DNA of 63,935 nucleotides, the filler included, from Reclinomonas americana ATCC 50394 (lineage: Eukaryota): assembly GCA_048213135.1 (NCBI GenBank). It is 9 parts of 3 records of this genome, joined end to end, with 100 filler letters (N's around TTAATTAATTAA, not from the genome) between each part and the next. Parts side by side here need not be neighbours in the genome. Positions count along the whole stretch, not along the records: positions 24,533 to 37,414 come from PS015147.1; 8 more parts are not named here. One strand, given 5' to 3'. Below, piece after piece: positions 24,865-37,514 of this stretch. Every line of letters starts with the position of its first letter. Position 1 is the stretch's first letter. The notes below the pieces were generated by a model. That model was not told where the DNA came from. It ran no database searches and saw only the letters and a list, made by a program, of their open reading frames with translations. Made by a program: the position numbers and the translations under genes.

Positions 24865-27063
24865 TTTGTGAGATTGTGCTCGCTCATGTCACCGTTCCCC
24901 GCCTTTCTTCTCTCGCCTTGCTCCAAGACGTCGTTCATCCGTCGCCAGGCTGCAACCAGTACCCCACACACCATACAGCAGTGTGTGAACGATGTAGCTT
25001 CGTTGATGCATGTGGGCTTTCGAAGACCATGAAATCGGCAGAATGGACATGCAAGGTGGTGATGATGAGACGAGGTTGTCGCTCCACTCCGCTGTGCATG
25101 TCCAGCTGCGACACTCTCTTTCGACTGGCCTGCATTATCTCTCAACGAGGACTGGCATGTCGGGCTGCTTGGATACGCAGCTGTGGCCCTGCACCCGAGA
25201 ACCCATTGAGCGGCGAGTCTTGAAACCTCACACCTCCTTGGATCCGCCCACAGCGAGGTTGACGAGGGCACGACGAAGAAAGAGAGCCACAAGGAACAAG
25301 AGAGCACAGCGATGGAAGAGGCAGCTGCGTCGTGAGACTTGCCTCCTGTCACCCAAGTCACAGTCAATGCCTCGCGCCTTCAATCACACTCACAGTCGGT
25401 CGGTGCATTGTCTCATGCATGCACTGTGTGGCACGGAACCACGTGTCTTCGCATGCCAGTGACGAGTCACTTGCCAGCACGCCTGTCACACAGAATTGAG
25501 TCAGTCAATCTCCAAGTCTCACCAACTCGCTCCTCAACGCAGATGCAGAACACGTACGCACCAGGCCACGCGCGCGTCTGCAGTCTCCCATGGCCATCAC
25601 CATCATTACTTGGCGGCGACAGCAGCAACCAAGAAGCGCACATCATCGATCCGCTCTGACTTGCCAACCGGGATCGAGAACGATCCACCGACCAGGCCAC
25701 CCATCGGGAACACTACACGCATGTGTCCACCCATGAGTAGATTGCCGAGCACGCGTCTGCAGTCTTCCATGGCCACCACCATTGTCACTCGACAGAGACG
25801 GCGGCAGCCAAGAAGCGCACATCATCGATCCGCTCCGACTTGCCAGCCGGGATTGAAAACGATCCACCAACCAGGCCACCATCACACATCACGGCACACA
25901 TGTGCACATCCACCCAACCACGTTCTCCATGACGTGCACGGCCTGCATAATTGAGGTGAGTGGGAGGGAAGGAGGAGAGAGAGATCACGAAGAACAGGGC
26001 CACACAACTGCATCGTGCATTGGCGGGATGCGAATGGGGAGCCGAGTGAGTGAGGTGACAGCCGGGAATGGGCGATGCACATCACGCCTGTCCTCGCCAC
26101 GACATGCTTTCCATGGTGCATGCCGGTGTGCTGTGAGCGAAAGAATGGAGAAAGGAGAGAGAAATCTGCTCTGTCTCACTGACAAACACACCGATCAGCA
26201 GCTAATACCAACACGCGTTTGGGCAAGAGGCAAGCCAGGAGATGCTCACACAACCATCCTGCAAGGGAGAGAAGGAGCGGAGTCAGTATACAGGTATGTC
26301 ACCTCAGGCAAGCACGTGCTTCCAAGGTGCCTGCATATCGGTGCAATGTGAGCAAAAGAATGGAGGAAGGAGAGAAAAATCTGCTCTGTCTCACCTGACA
26401 ATCACACCGATCAGCATCTGAAACCAACACGCGTTTGAGCAAGATGCAAGCCAAGGGACGCTCACACAACCATCCTACAAGAGTGCAGAGTGAGCAGAGT
26501 TAGCATGTAGTCAACCACCCCACACACTTCGGTATCGGGATGCTCACCATGGCCATGATGGACTGGCAGGATGGCAATTGGAACACGGTGAGCAGACCAG
26601 CATGTTCGGCCTCGAGCGTGTGCGGCAAGGAGGGGTGGATGACTGGGGAAGCAGATAAGCGCACAAAGGAGGGAGACGGTGGAGAAAGAGAGAGAGAGAG
26701 ACTCTACAAGGGACAGAGAAGGAGGGCTCGAGAGCTGAAAGACAGGCATTCTTCATAGCAGGAAGGAGAATGTCCACAGCACACAGGCACGATCGGACAC
26801 AGAGTAGTGGCGCCAAGGAAGTATGCAAAGCAAGACGGGAGGAAACAGACAACGGCGACTTGCCCTCCTGAGGCACACACATGCACGAATAAGATGCACA
26901 CACAACAGACTTCACAACAAGACAAAAAGACACAACAGACTACCAAGTGATTCATCGCGCTCGCACACACAAATTGAGGTGAGAAAGTGAGACGCATGAA
27001 GAGGGAGACATGCTTCACGCCCACACACTCTCATTCACGTGTACATGACAGGGCAACAAGCAC
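24865..27063. repeat. Spacer B, copy 2, with internal duplications (about 25570-25880 and 26120-26480)
   Basis: Colinear with 4200-6096. CAAGAAGCGCACATCATCGATCCGCTC occurs twice, and AATCTGCTCTGTCTCAC...CACACCGATCAGCA occurs twice. Confidence 0.88.
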
Positions 27064-27442
27064 GGGAGAACAATTCTTCATCAACGACCTCTCTCTCTTC
27101 CTCTGTCGTCCTCTCTTCCCCCACCCACACTCCCTCGTAAGACACGAAAAAACAACTCACGATCACCAGCAACCCTNNNNNNNNNNNNNNNNNNNNNNNN
27201 NNNNNNNNNNNNNNNNNNNNNNNNNNNNNNNNNNNNNNNNNNNNNNNNNNNNNNNNNNNNNNNNNNNNNNNNNNNNNNNNNNNNNNNNNNNNNNNNNNNN
27301 NNNNNNNNNNNNNNNNNNNNNNNNNNNNNNNNNNNNNNNNNNNNNNNNNNNNNNNNNNNNNNNNNNNNNNNNNNNNNNNNNNNNNNNNNNNNNNNNNNNN
27401 NNNNNNNNNNNNNNNNNNNNNNNNNNNNNNNNNNNNNNNNNN

Positions 27443-27768
27443 AATGTGCTGGCCATCAGGGGTGACGGCGACACAAAGCACCCATCCAGTGTGTCCCACC
27501 AGCCGTCGCACTTCTTCTCCACTTGCCAAAGACCACACACGAACGGTACTGTCCATACACCCACCGACAATGTGCTCGCCGTCGGGAGTGACGGTGACGG
27601 ACCGCACCGAAGAAGCGAGACTCTGAATGATCTGTGCCGACCATTCGCGATGAGACGCACAGGCACAAAAACAACCACCGCACATGCACGAGCACAAGCA
27701 CACGCTGCGAATGCATGTACAGACACCAACCACGCAAAGTGCGCACACATTCACACCTTTGTTGCCAT
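27443..27768 (-). CDS. WD40 family copy, 5' part (exon 1 27768-27757, exon 2 from 27631 into a gap); 3' flank is of the FFRC type
   Basis: MATK|IIQSLASSVRSVTVTPDGEHIVGGCMDSTVRVW... Bases 27080-27176 are the reverse complement of the 3' flank at 7185-7299. Confidence 0.85.
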
Positions 27769-28659
27769 TCTCCGTGTGGTGAGAGAGAGAGAGCGAGAGA
27801 GAGTGCGTGTGTGTGCGTGTGTGTGTGAAGTTAAGCACCAACTCTATTCATCCGACGGAACATCAACATCAACTCTCTCTCGCGCGTGTGTGTGTGCGCC
27901 TCGGTGCTGTCTGTGTCTCTGTGCCCTGTGTCTCTCTGCGTCCCCGTCGTGGTGCTCCATTCTCAACCAGCAATGTGAGTGAGATGTTGCGGCATTGAAT
28001 GTGCATGCATGCATGCTGAGCCTGTTCAACTCAACACGCCTTGAGCATCAACTCCCTCTGAGCCACGCACGTGAGTCGGGTGGAGGCCAACAACACACGA
28101 TTCAGAAAGAGAGCGAAGAAGCAGCGCAGTTCGTGAGTGGGGTGCGTCACACCATGGCCAGTTGTCTGGGCACGCACGGCGGGAAACGAGTATGCAGGGC
28201 AAGTGCACTCCCTCCCCGTGGCGTGTGTAACGAGAAGAGTGGCCATCTGAATCGATGCCTGACGCGCTCTCCATGTTCACGCGGTGCCAGTGTGAGAGGG
28301 GGAGGCGGGCAATGATGCCACTTCAAAAGCCAAAGGCTGGCATCCACGCCGTGTTCGAATGACAGGGCGACATGAAGGCACAAGCACAAGGCGTGTGTGT
28401 GGGTGGGAGAGCGAGGACTCGCCCAACGCCGAGTAGCACGCGTGTCTGTTCATTCCATGGTCTCACCTCAACCACCCACGCACATCCACACACACCTCGC
28501 ACTCGGGATTCTCTTCTTGCAATCCCACTGCACTGTGCTGTGTCTGCTTTCCGGCTGCCTGCACTTGGCAAGGCAGTGGAGAAGCACGTGTGAGGCGGTG
28601 TGGCGGTCAACACGAGAGAGTCGCGCAGTGACAGATCGGTCTTCGTACATTCATTGAGC
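27769..28659. repeat. Spacer A copy
   Basis: Colinear with 1333-2228. Confidence 0.9.
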
Positions 28660-28950
28660 TCACTCCGTCCAGCACCATCCAGGCGCACGGCGTTGAATCA
28701 CCTCTGCATCCTCCAGCACGAAGCACCGCAGCACGACATTGACCAGGATCCAGTCACGATCATCTTCGTCGACGAGCAGCTCGTTGACAGCCAGCACGGC
28801 TGAGCGTGCGGCCGCAACCTCTTGTCCCGCCAGCCCACGCGGCGTGAACCACACACGGATCGTTTTATCCGCACTCCAACTCGCAATGTGCTGGCCATCG
28901 GGAGTAACGACGACAGAGTATACCCATCCAGTGTGTTCCCTCCAACCGTC
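28660..28950 (-). pseudogene. WD40 family 3' fragment (last repeat and APGWCWTE tail); 5' part replaced by low-complexity repeat
   Basis: HTGWVYSVVVTPDGQHIASWSADKTIRVWFTPRGLAGQEVAAARSAVLAVNELL..DWILVNVVLRCF; an extra base lies in GGGAACAC. Confidence 0.75.
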
Positions 28951-29379
28951 CAACACTGCGCAACAGGAACAAAAGGAAAGAATGAAGAAACAATCAGAGA
29001 GAGTGGGTTGTGAAGCAAGAGGACAGACATCGGCGAACGGGATGCAATGAGGGGAATGAGAGAGGAGTAGCGTGCTGCAATTACGTGGGCGCAAAAGGAA
29101 GAGAAGAGAGGGTAGGCACAAATCGGAATGGGGAGGAAGAGGAGAGCAAGCGAGGAACGCGGCACAGTGACGAGCAAGCATCCCTCAATCGACATGAAGC
29201 AGAACAATGCGAGACGAGAAGAAAGAGAGAGTGGGCGCACGGAGGCATGAACAATGCAAGTGCATGACATGAAGGGAGGAGAAAAAGGGCGGATCTTGAG
29301 AAGCGGACGATGAAGACAGCAGGGAGGCATTGAAAGGGAAGCCATTGAAGAGCGCTCAGCTGACACAGGAGAGAACGAA

Positions 29380-30200
29380 ACGAGGTGAGGAGAAATAGAG
29401 TGGGAGGAGGCGTGAAGGACGCAAGTGAAAAAAGATCAAGGAAGGAGAGAGGGACCGAAAAGGGAAGTCGTTGAAGCACAGACAGGTGAAGGAGAAAGAG
29501 AGTGGAAGGAGGCGTGAAGAATGCAAGTGAAAAGAGATAACGAAAGGAGAAAGAGACCGAAAAGGGAAGTCGTTGAAGCAAAGAGAGGTGAGGAGAAGGA
29601 GAGTGAGAGTGGACAGAGTCGTGAAGAATGCAAGTGAGAAGAGACCAAGAAANNNNNNNNNNNNNNNNNNNNNNNNNNNNNNNNNNNNNNNNNNNNNNNN
29701 NNNNNNNNNNNNNNNNNNNNNNNNNNNNNNNNNNNNNNNNNNNNNNNNNNNNNNNNNNNNNNNNNNNNNNNNNNNNNNNNNNNNNNNNNNNNNNNNNNNN
29801 NNNNNNNNNNNNNNNNNNNNNNNNNNNNNNNNNNNNNNNNNNNNNNNNNNNNNNNNNNNNNNNNNNNNNNNNNNNNNNNNNNNNNNNNNNNNNNNNNNNN
29901 NNNNNNNNNNNNNNNNNNNNNNNNNNNNNNNNNNNNNNNNNNNNNNNNNNNNNNNNNNNNNNNNNNNNNNNGAGGTGAGGAGAGTGAGAGAGGATGGAGG
30001 CGCGAACAAGTGAAAAGAGATCAACGAAAAGCAACAAGGGCGGCTCACGGGAATTGAACACTGGAGAGGAAAGAGGCCAAGAAAGGAAGACACAAGAAAG
30101 AGCGAAACGAGACGAGACGAGGTGAGGAAATGGGGAGCGGGAGGAGTCGTGAAGGGTGCAAGTGAACGTGACCAATGCGAGTGAATGGTGGAGGTGAAAA
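29380..30200. repeat. Purine-rich degenerate tandem repeat (about 100-120 bp unit)
   Basis: GAGGTGAGGAGA..GCGTGAAG..GCAAGTGAAAA and GACCGAAAAGGGAAGTCGTTGAAGCA recur. Confidence 0.75.
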
Positions 30201-31199
30201 AGAACGAGAGACAAAAGTAACGTGAATCGCTCACCTGCTCAGTATGTGAGACACAAGAACACAGTCGGCGCAGCGTGTACTCGCTCCGCGTCATGGGTGC
30301 CGCACAAGGCGGGCAAGGAGAGATCTGAATGTGATGCTGGAGCGCGCCATTGCGAGGCACATGTACACATCTCGTCGCCACGGTGCTCCGTCTCGCACAA
30401 CACAAAGGACAGATGGTGCGATGACAGGCCTCACTCCCCTGCGACATGAGAGCGCATATGTGAGCAACGAAAAAAAGCAGAGCAGCCGGCATTCGTGTTG
30501 CATGCACCACAAGCACACACCGATCGACAGAAAATGCGTGTGGGCATTCGAGCAGTCAAGGGACACCGCGGCAAGTGACAGGATGCCGCCCAGCTGCACC
30601 TGCTGCAGCAGAGCATGTGGACCGGGCGAGTCGAAATGCATCCCACATCTGTCGCAAAGGTGGCATCATGCGTGTCAGTGCATGACCATGCTGGTCGCCC
30701 TCCCTTCAACCTCAAATCGCAAACGATCCTCTTTTCTCTCTCTCCACTCCTCTCACCGCCCCCGTCAACTCACCCCGCACGTGTGTCTCGTTGCGCGCCA
30801 CCAGCATCACCAGTTGCTGCTGTGGAGGAGTGCGTGACGGTCGATCAACGAAGAGCCACCAACAGGAAGAACAAGATGCGCCACATTGCGAATCCGGCGG
30901 TGGCCGACGACTGGCTCACACGAGCTCCCATCGATATCACGCCGGCTGACAAGCGACGTCGACGTTCGAATGGCACCGCTCTCACGCAATCATCGCCTGC
31001 AGGCGGAGAGCGCGATAAGGTGAGTGTGGGCGCAGAATTGGGCGAAGAAGGAGGGCGTAGAGAGTGAATCGGTGAATCTGAAGCGAGAGGGAGAGGTGGG
31101 TGGAGGAGACAGAAGAAAGCAACGGTGGCATGGCGGACAAGGGGGGAGAGGGGGGAGAGGGAAGATGCGAAGGAAGAGAAAGCAGAAAGCAGAAGAGAA

Positions 31200-31790
31200 G
31201 GGAGAGGCAGAGACAACAGAGCGATGATTCAACGAGGATGAAGATGAAAGGGAAAGAAAAGACGCGAAGGAAGAGAAAGGGAAAGAGAAGGAAGAGGCAG
31301 AGACAACAACAGAGCGATGATTCAACGAGGGGGGACGCGGAAGGGAAAGGAAAGAGAAGGAAGAGGCAGAGACAACAACAGAGCGATGATTCAACGAGGA
31401 TGAAGATGGAAGGGAAAAGGAAGACGCGAAGGAAGTGAGGCGAAAAAGAAGGAAGAGGCAGAGACAACAACAGAGCGATGATTCAACGAGGGGGGACGCG
31501 GAAGGGAGAGGGAAGACGCGAAGGAAGGGATAGGGAAAGAGAAGGAAGAGGCAGAGACAACAGAGCGATGATTCAACGAGGGTGAAGACAGAAGAGAAAG
31601 GGAAGATGCGAAGAAAGAGAAAGCAGAAAGCGGAAGGAGAATGAAGACAACAACAGAGCGATGATCCAACGAGGGAGAACACGGTAGGGAGAGGGAAGAC
31701 GCGAAGGAAGGGAAAGCGAAAGAGGGGGGCGGAGGGGGAAGAGAGAATGAGGAGGAAGAGATAACAGTGCGATGATTCAACGAGGGTGGA
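31200..31790. repeat. Purine-rich minisatellite with core ACAACAGAGCGATGATTCAACGAGG (7 copies, 70-115 bp spacing)
   Basis: Core seen near 31213, 31306, 31375, 31466, 31557, 31651 and 31763. Confidence 0.88.
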
Positions 31791-32619
31791 GAGGAGAGAG
31801 AGAGAGAGAGGCGATTGCATGAACGCACAAATGCACGTCCNNNNNNNNNNNNNNNNNNNNNNNNNNNNNNNNNNNNNNNNNNNNNNNNNNNNNNNNNNNN
31901 NNNNNNNNNNNNNNNNNNNNNNNNNNNNNNNNNNNNNNNNNNNNNNNNNNNNNNNNNNNNNNNNNNNNNNNNNNNNNNNNNNNNNNNNNNNNNNNNNNNN
32001 NNNNNNNNNNNNNNNNNNNNNNNNNNNNNNNNNNNNNNNNNNNNNNNNNNNNNNNNNNNNNNNNNNNNNNNNNNNNNNNNNNNNNNNNNNNNNNNNNNNN
32101 NNNNNNNNNNNNNNNNNNNNNNNNNNNNNNNNNNNNNNNNNNNNNNNNNNNNAGGAGGAGGAAGAGAGGAAGAGATGGATGGAGCGACGCTGTGCCAATC
32201 TCCTTGCACCGCATGAGCATCGACTGTGGCCGATGGGAGAGAGAGAGAGAGCAACGAAGGCGACGGAGTGGAAAGTTTGCCATCCCGCTCATTGCAGCAG
32301 AGGGGGGAAAGCGGGGAAGGGGGAAGGGGAGAGAGCTCAAGTAGAATGTTGAGAGGTTGAGAGTGGGAAGAGGAGGAGGATGGGGAGTGAGGAAAACAAT
32401 CCAGCAGGAACATGTACAAGCATGCAAACACACACACACACTCTATCCTCTTTCTCTCTCTCTCTCTCTCACACACACACATGCTGTTGCAATCGATGGC
32501 GGTTATTGTGAAGGAAGAAAACGACAAGCAGCGTGTCGCAATGCCGCGTGCGGTCTACATGCAATACGCTCCTGTTTGACGAGCCAGGCATGACTGGATC
32601 AATGGTGAGAAAGGAGCGC

Positions 32620-33505
32620 GAGTGAGGGGAAGAAGGAACAATGCAACAGGGACAACTCACAGAGACGTCCGAGCCTTGCAATGCATGCACCGGCGATGGT
32701 GGAGACAGGGAGAGAGAGATAGCTCTCCATTTGAGCAGGATCACGGATCGTGCTGCTGAACAGACACAATGAATGAATGAATGAGTGAGTGAGGAGAGCG
32801 ACGGAGGGGGAAGAATGAACAATGCAACAGGGACAACTCACAGAGACGTCCGAACCTTGCGATGTACCGGCAATGCATGCACCGGCGATGGTGAGACAGG
32901 GAGAGAGAGACAGCTCTCCATTTGAGCAGGATCACGGATCGTGCTGCTGAACAGACACAATGGATGAATGAGTGAGCGAGGAGAGCGAGAGAAGGGGGAA
33001 GAAGGAACAATGCAACAGGGACAACTCACAGAGACGTTCGAGCCTTGCGATGCATGCACCGGCAATGGTGGAGACAGGAAGCGAGACAGCTCTCCATTTG
33101 AGCGGGATCGCGGATCGTGCTACTGAACAGACACAATGAATGAATGAGTGAGTGAGGAGAGCGGGGGAGGGAGGGAGAAGGAACAATGCAACAGGGACAA
33201 CTCACATAGACGTCCGAGCCTTGCGATGCATGCACCGGCGATGGTGGAGACAGGAAGAGAGACAACTCTCCATTTGAGCGGGGGATCACGGATCGACCTG
33301 CTGAACAGACACAATGAATGATTGAGAAAGGAGAGCGAGAGAAGGGGGGAGAAGGAACAATGCAACAGGGACAACTTACAGAGACGTCCGAGCCTTGCGA
33401 TGCATGCACCGGCGATGGTGGAGAGAGGGAGAGAGACAGCTCTCCATTTGAGCAGGATCACGGATCGAGCTGCTGAACAGACACAATTAATGATTGAGTG
33501 AGCGA
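32620..33505. repeat. Tandem repeat, five units of about 180 bp
   Basis: GAACAATGCAACAGGGACAACT.ACA.AGACGT.CGA...CTCTCCATTTGAGC...TGAACAGACACAAT occurs five times. Confidence 0.93.
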
Positions 33506-35049
33506 GGCAGACGCGGTTGATTTCCCATCCGCACCCCAAGGCGCACATACGCACGTACCTCCAAAAGATGCCTATGTCGCCACATCCAGCAGGTCATCTT
33601 CTTTTCTCCTTCGCCTCCTCCCCCTCCTCCTCAAGGAGAAGACGATGAAATGGCACAACAGCAATAACTGAGGGCCGCTAGCCAAGCCGGAGGAGGCGAA
33701 TTGGGAACAATAATCGTCCAGCAGATGGAGGAGGTGGAGGTGTGAGTCGCGCTCCATGAGTGTCTCTTGCATCATCAATGAGAGCGTCTGTGCGAGCAGG
33801 AAACCATGCTGATGAGCGAGAGCACGCAGCGTGAGAAGAGAGAAAGAGAGAGAAACAAAACGATGGGCTGCTGCGGTGTGGAGGTTTCTCTTTTCTTCAT
33901 CTCTTTAACGGCCAGTCTTCCTCTCTCTCTCCCCACACCGACACCGCTTCTTGCGTCAAGCACACGAAGATTGATCTTCCTTCTGTGTTCTGCAAGCCAA
34001 CGGCTCAAAATGGCAACAACAGCAACCGCACACACGAAGACATTCACTCGTTGCGCATATGCATCGGAAGAATAGAAAACGGGACAAGCGGCGGACAGCA
34101 CGGCCGTGAGAACAAAGTGGGTGGAGAGAGAAGAGAGAAGAGAAAGAGAGTAGGGATGATGAATGAATGAGGGAAGGAAGAGTGAATAAAGAAAGGATGG
34201 AGAAGGAATTGAGCGCGGAAGGGATAAAGAAGGAAAGGAGCTCAAGCGGGAAAGAGGCGAAGAAGGAAAGGATGCGTAATGGGGAGAGGAATGAGGAAGG
34301 GATGAAGAAGGACAGGAGTGGGGAAGAAGAAGAGGCGAAGAAGGAAGGGATGCAGAGGAAAAAGAGCGGTGAAGAAAAAAGGAGAGGGAGTGGCAGGAGA
34401 AGAACGAGAGAAAGAGGCGAAGAAGNNNNNNNNNNNNNNNNNNNNNNNNNNNNNNNNNNNNNNNNNNNNNNNNNNNNNNNNNNNNNNNNNNNNNNNNNNN
34501 NNNNNNNNNNNNNNNNNNNNNNNNNNNNNNNNNNNNNNNNNNNNNNNNNNNNNNNNNNNNNNNNNNNNNNNNNNNNNNNNNNNNNNNNNNNNNNNNNNNN
34601 NNNNNNNNNNNNNNNNNNNNNNNNNNNNNNNNNNNNNNNNNNNNNNNNNNNNNNNNNNNNNNNNNNNNNNNNNNNNNNNNNNNNNNNNNNNNNNNNNNNN
34701 NNNNNNNNNNNNNNNNNNNNNNNNNNNNNNNNNNNNNNNNNNNNNNNNNNNNNNNNNNNNNNNNNNNNNNNNNNNNNNNNNNNNNNNNNNNNNNNNNNNN
34801 NNNNNNNNNNNNNNNGAAGGTAGGAAAAGATGCATTGCGTGTGGGCGGAAGAACTGTACCATTACGAGGGGCAGTGGCGAATCCAAGCACGAAGACACGC
34901 AACACGCACGGCGAGAGAGGCGACGAAATACATAGAGAAAGAATGAGACAGCAAGGGAGGTGGGGAGTGGAGAAAGGGAGAGAGGAAGAGAGGAAGGGAG
35001 AGGAAGGGAGGCGAAGAGGAGAGGAATAGGGAGAAAGGGAGGAAGAAGT

Positions 35050-35474
35050 GTGCAATCACGCGGAGCAATGGCGAGTTGATGCACGGAGATACACACAAAC
35101 GTGCTCTCAACAAGAGAGGAGGAGGAGAGGAAGAGAGTGAGAGAGGAAGGAAGGAAGGGAGAGGCAAGGAGGAAGGGAGAGCGTGATCCGTGTCGGAAGA
35201 ATTGTGTAATCAAGCGGAGCAATGGCGAGTTGATGCACGGAGATACACACAGCAGTGCTCTCAGCAAGAGAGGAGGACGAGGAGAGGAAGGGAGGCGAAG
35301 AGGATGCGTGTGGACGGAAGAATTGCTCAATCACGCGGAGCAGTGGCGAGTCAATGCACGAAGACGCGATGGCGAGAGAGGAGGAGGAGAGGAAGGTACG
35401 GGAAAGGGAGAGAGCGTGATTCGTGTCGGAAGAATTGTGTAATCAAGCGGAGCAGTGGCGAGTTGATGCACGGA
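35050..35474. repeat. Degenerate tandem repeat (about 120-160 bp)
   Basis: AATCA.GCGGAGCA.TGGCGAGT..ATGCACG occurs four times. Confidence 0.8.
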
Positions 35475-36001
35475 NNNNNNNNNNNNNNNNNNNNNNNNNN
35501 NNNNNNNNNNNNNNNNNNNNNNNNNNNNNNNNNNNNNNNNNNNNNNNNNNNNNNNNNNNNNNNNNNNNNNNNNNNNNNNNNNNNNNNNNNNNNNNNNNNN
35601 NNNNNNNNNNNNNNNNNNNNNNNNNNNNNNNNNNNNNNNNNNNNNNNNNNNNNNNNNNNNNNNNNNNNNNNNNNNNNNNNNNNNNNNNNNNNNNNNNNNN
35701 NNNNNNNNNNNNNNNNNNNNNNNNNNNNNNNNNNNNNNNNNNNNNNNNNNNNNNNNNNNNNNNNNNNNNNNNNNNNNNNNNNNNNNNNNNNNNNNNNNNN
35801 NNNNNNNNNNNNNNNNNNNNNNNNNNNNNNNNNNNNNNNNNNNNNNNNNNNNNNNNNNNNNNNNNNNNNNNNNNNNNNNNNNNNNNNNNNNNNNNNNNNN
35901 NNNNNNNNNNNNNNNNNNNNNNNNNNNNNNNNNNNNNNNNNNNNNNNNNNNNNNNNNNNNNNNNNNNNNNNNNNNNNNNNNNNNNNNNNNNNNNNNNNNN
36001 N

Positions 36002-36100
<99 letters not shown>

Positions 36101-37514
36101 GAATGATTGTGACAGCCAATGCACGCAAAGATACGCACACACACGACTCATTCTGTCTGTCTCTCTCTCCCGCTCTCTTTCGTCTCGCCCATCTGCACGA
36201 AAACAACACGCACACAACACACGCGCAAACACTCACCGTGGAATGTGCAGCGCAGCAACAACCGTGTGGTCGATGCGTCCCTCCTCCGTCGAATCCTGCC
36301 TGTCTCTCCCTCTCCATCTCGTTCACCAACAAGAGAACACGCTCTCTCTCTCTCCTCCCCTCCTCTCCTCCATTCATTCTTGCTCACACACAAACACAGA
36401 GGCACAGCGATCACCACCACCGTCATTCTCACGAGTGGGAAAGGAGAAATCGGTTGAACTGTCGGACAGGTGAAATGAGGCAAAAACCGATTGCATGCTG
36501 GCCGCCCTCCTGGTGGGTGTGGGTGCGTGGCGGAGGGAGACAGCCGGTTGCTGTTAATGTATGAATAGGGGGCCTGAGTTGGGGGGAGGAAAAGAACTCT
36601 GCAAGAAATGGAATTGGAGAAAGGGGAAGAAAGGAAGCACGAACGGGCGGTGAGCGGTGGAAATCGAAGCGATCCGGCATGGCACCGAATGAAATGCAGC
36701 CGAGAAATCCGGCAGGGGGATGGGTGGAAGGTGTGAGTGAGATGAATTGCACGATGGAGTCGATGGAGAGAGTGGAGAAGATGCACGGCATGCGAAACAT
36801 TCACTCACAGACGCATGCAGCAAGCAAACGGTGCGGATTCAGCTGAAATGATGGCCATAGATGGAATAACAGGCGGGAATGAGGTCAGATTTGGAAACAA
36901 AGGATGAGATCACATGGGCGGAAAGGGGGAGAAGGATTCTGCCAGAGGGAATGCGGAATGAAGATGCCGGTGAGGAGCTGCAATGGATTGACTGATGCAA
37001 TTCCGATGGAAGATTGAGAAAATCATGGAGGGCGGAGGAGAGGTGGAGCAGGTCATTTGGTGCAAGCATCATGTACAGGGAGAAGAAAAGGAAGGGTACT
37101 ACGGTGGGGAATCAAGAATTGAGATACTGGTGGGGAGATACGAGGAGAGACATTTGATTGGTCACTTCCGAATTCACATGAATCGCAGAGAGAGTGTGAA
37201 AGGAGAGGTCAAATCGATCAGTGATTGATGGAGGAGTGGGGATGGAGAGGTGCGAGAGTGTATTCTTGGAGTGGAATGAGGAAAATAAGAAAGGCACGGG
37301 TGAGAATTGGGGAAAGGAGATGGAAGGGCGAGAATTGGGGAAGGAGATGGAAGGGCGAGAATTGGGAAAGGAGATGGGGAGAGAATAGAATGTGGAAACA
37401 TACTCTTGAAGTGANNNNNNNNNNNNNNNNNNNNNNNNNNNNNNNNNNNNNNNNNNNNTTAATTAATTAANNNNNNNNNNNNNNNNNNNNNNNNNNNNNN
37501 NNNNNNNNNNNNNN

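Noticed and set aside
2751-28950. Dscam-like mutually exclusive splicing of WD40 exons onto one shared leader
   Set aside because: Every copy with an intact 5' flank has its own MATK exon, so these are separate genes.
31200-31790. CRISPR-like repeat-spacer pattern
   Set aside because: The spacers are low-complexity, mutually similar and variable in length. There are no cas genes and the context is eukaryotic.
36839-37072. F-box-like FLNLPSELH motif in a short ORF
   Set aside because: Too short, with no supporting exons or domain context.
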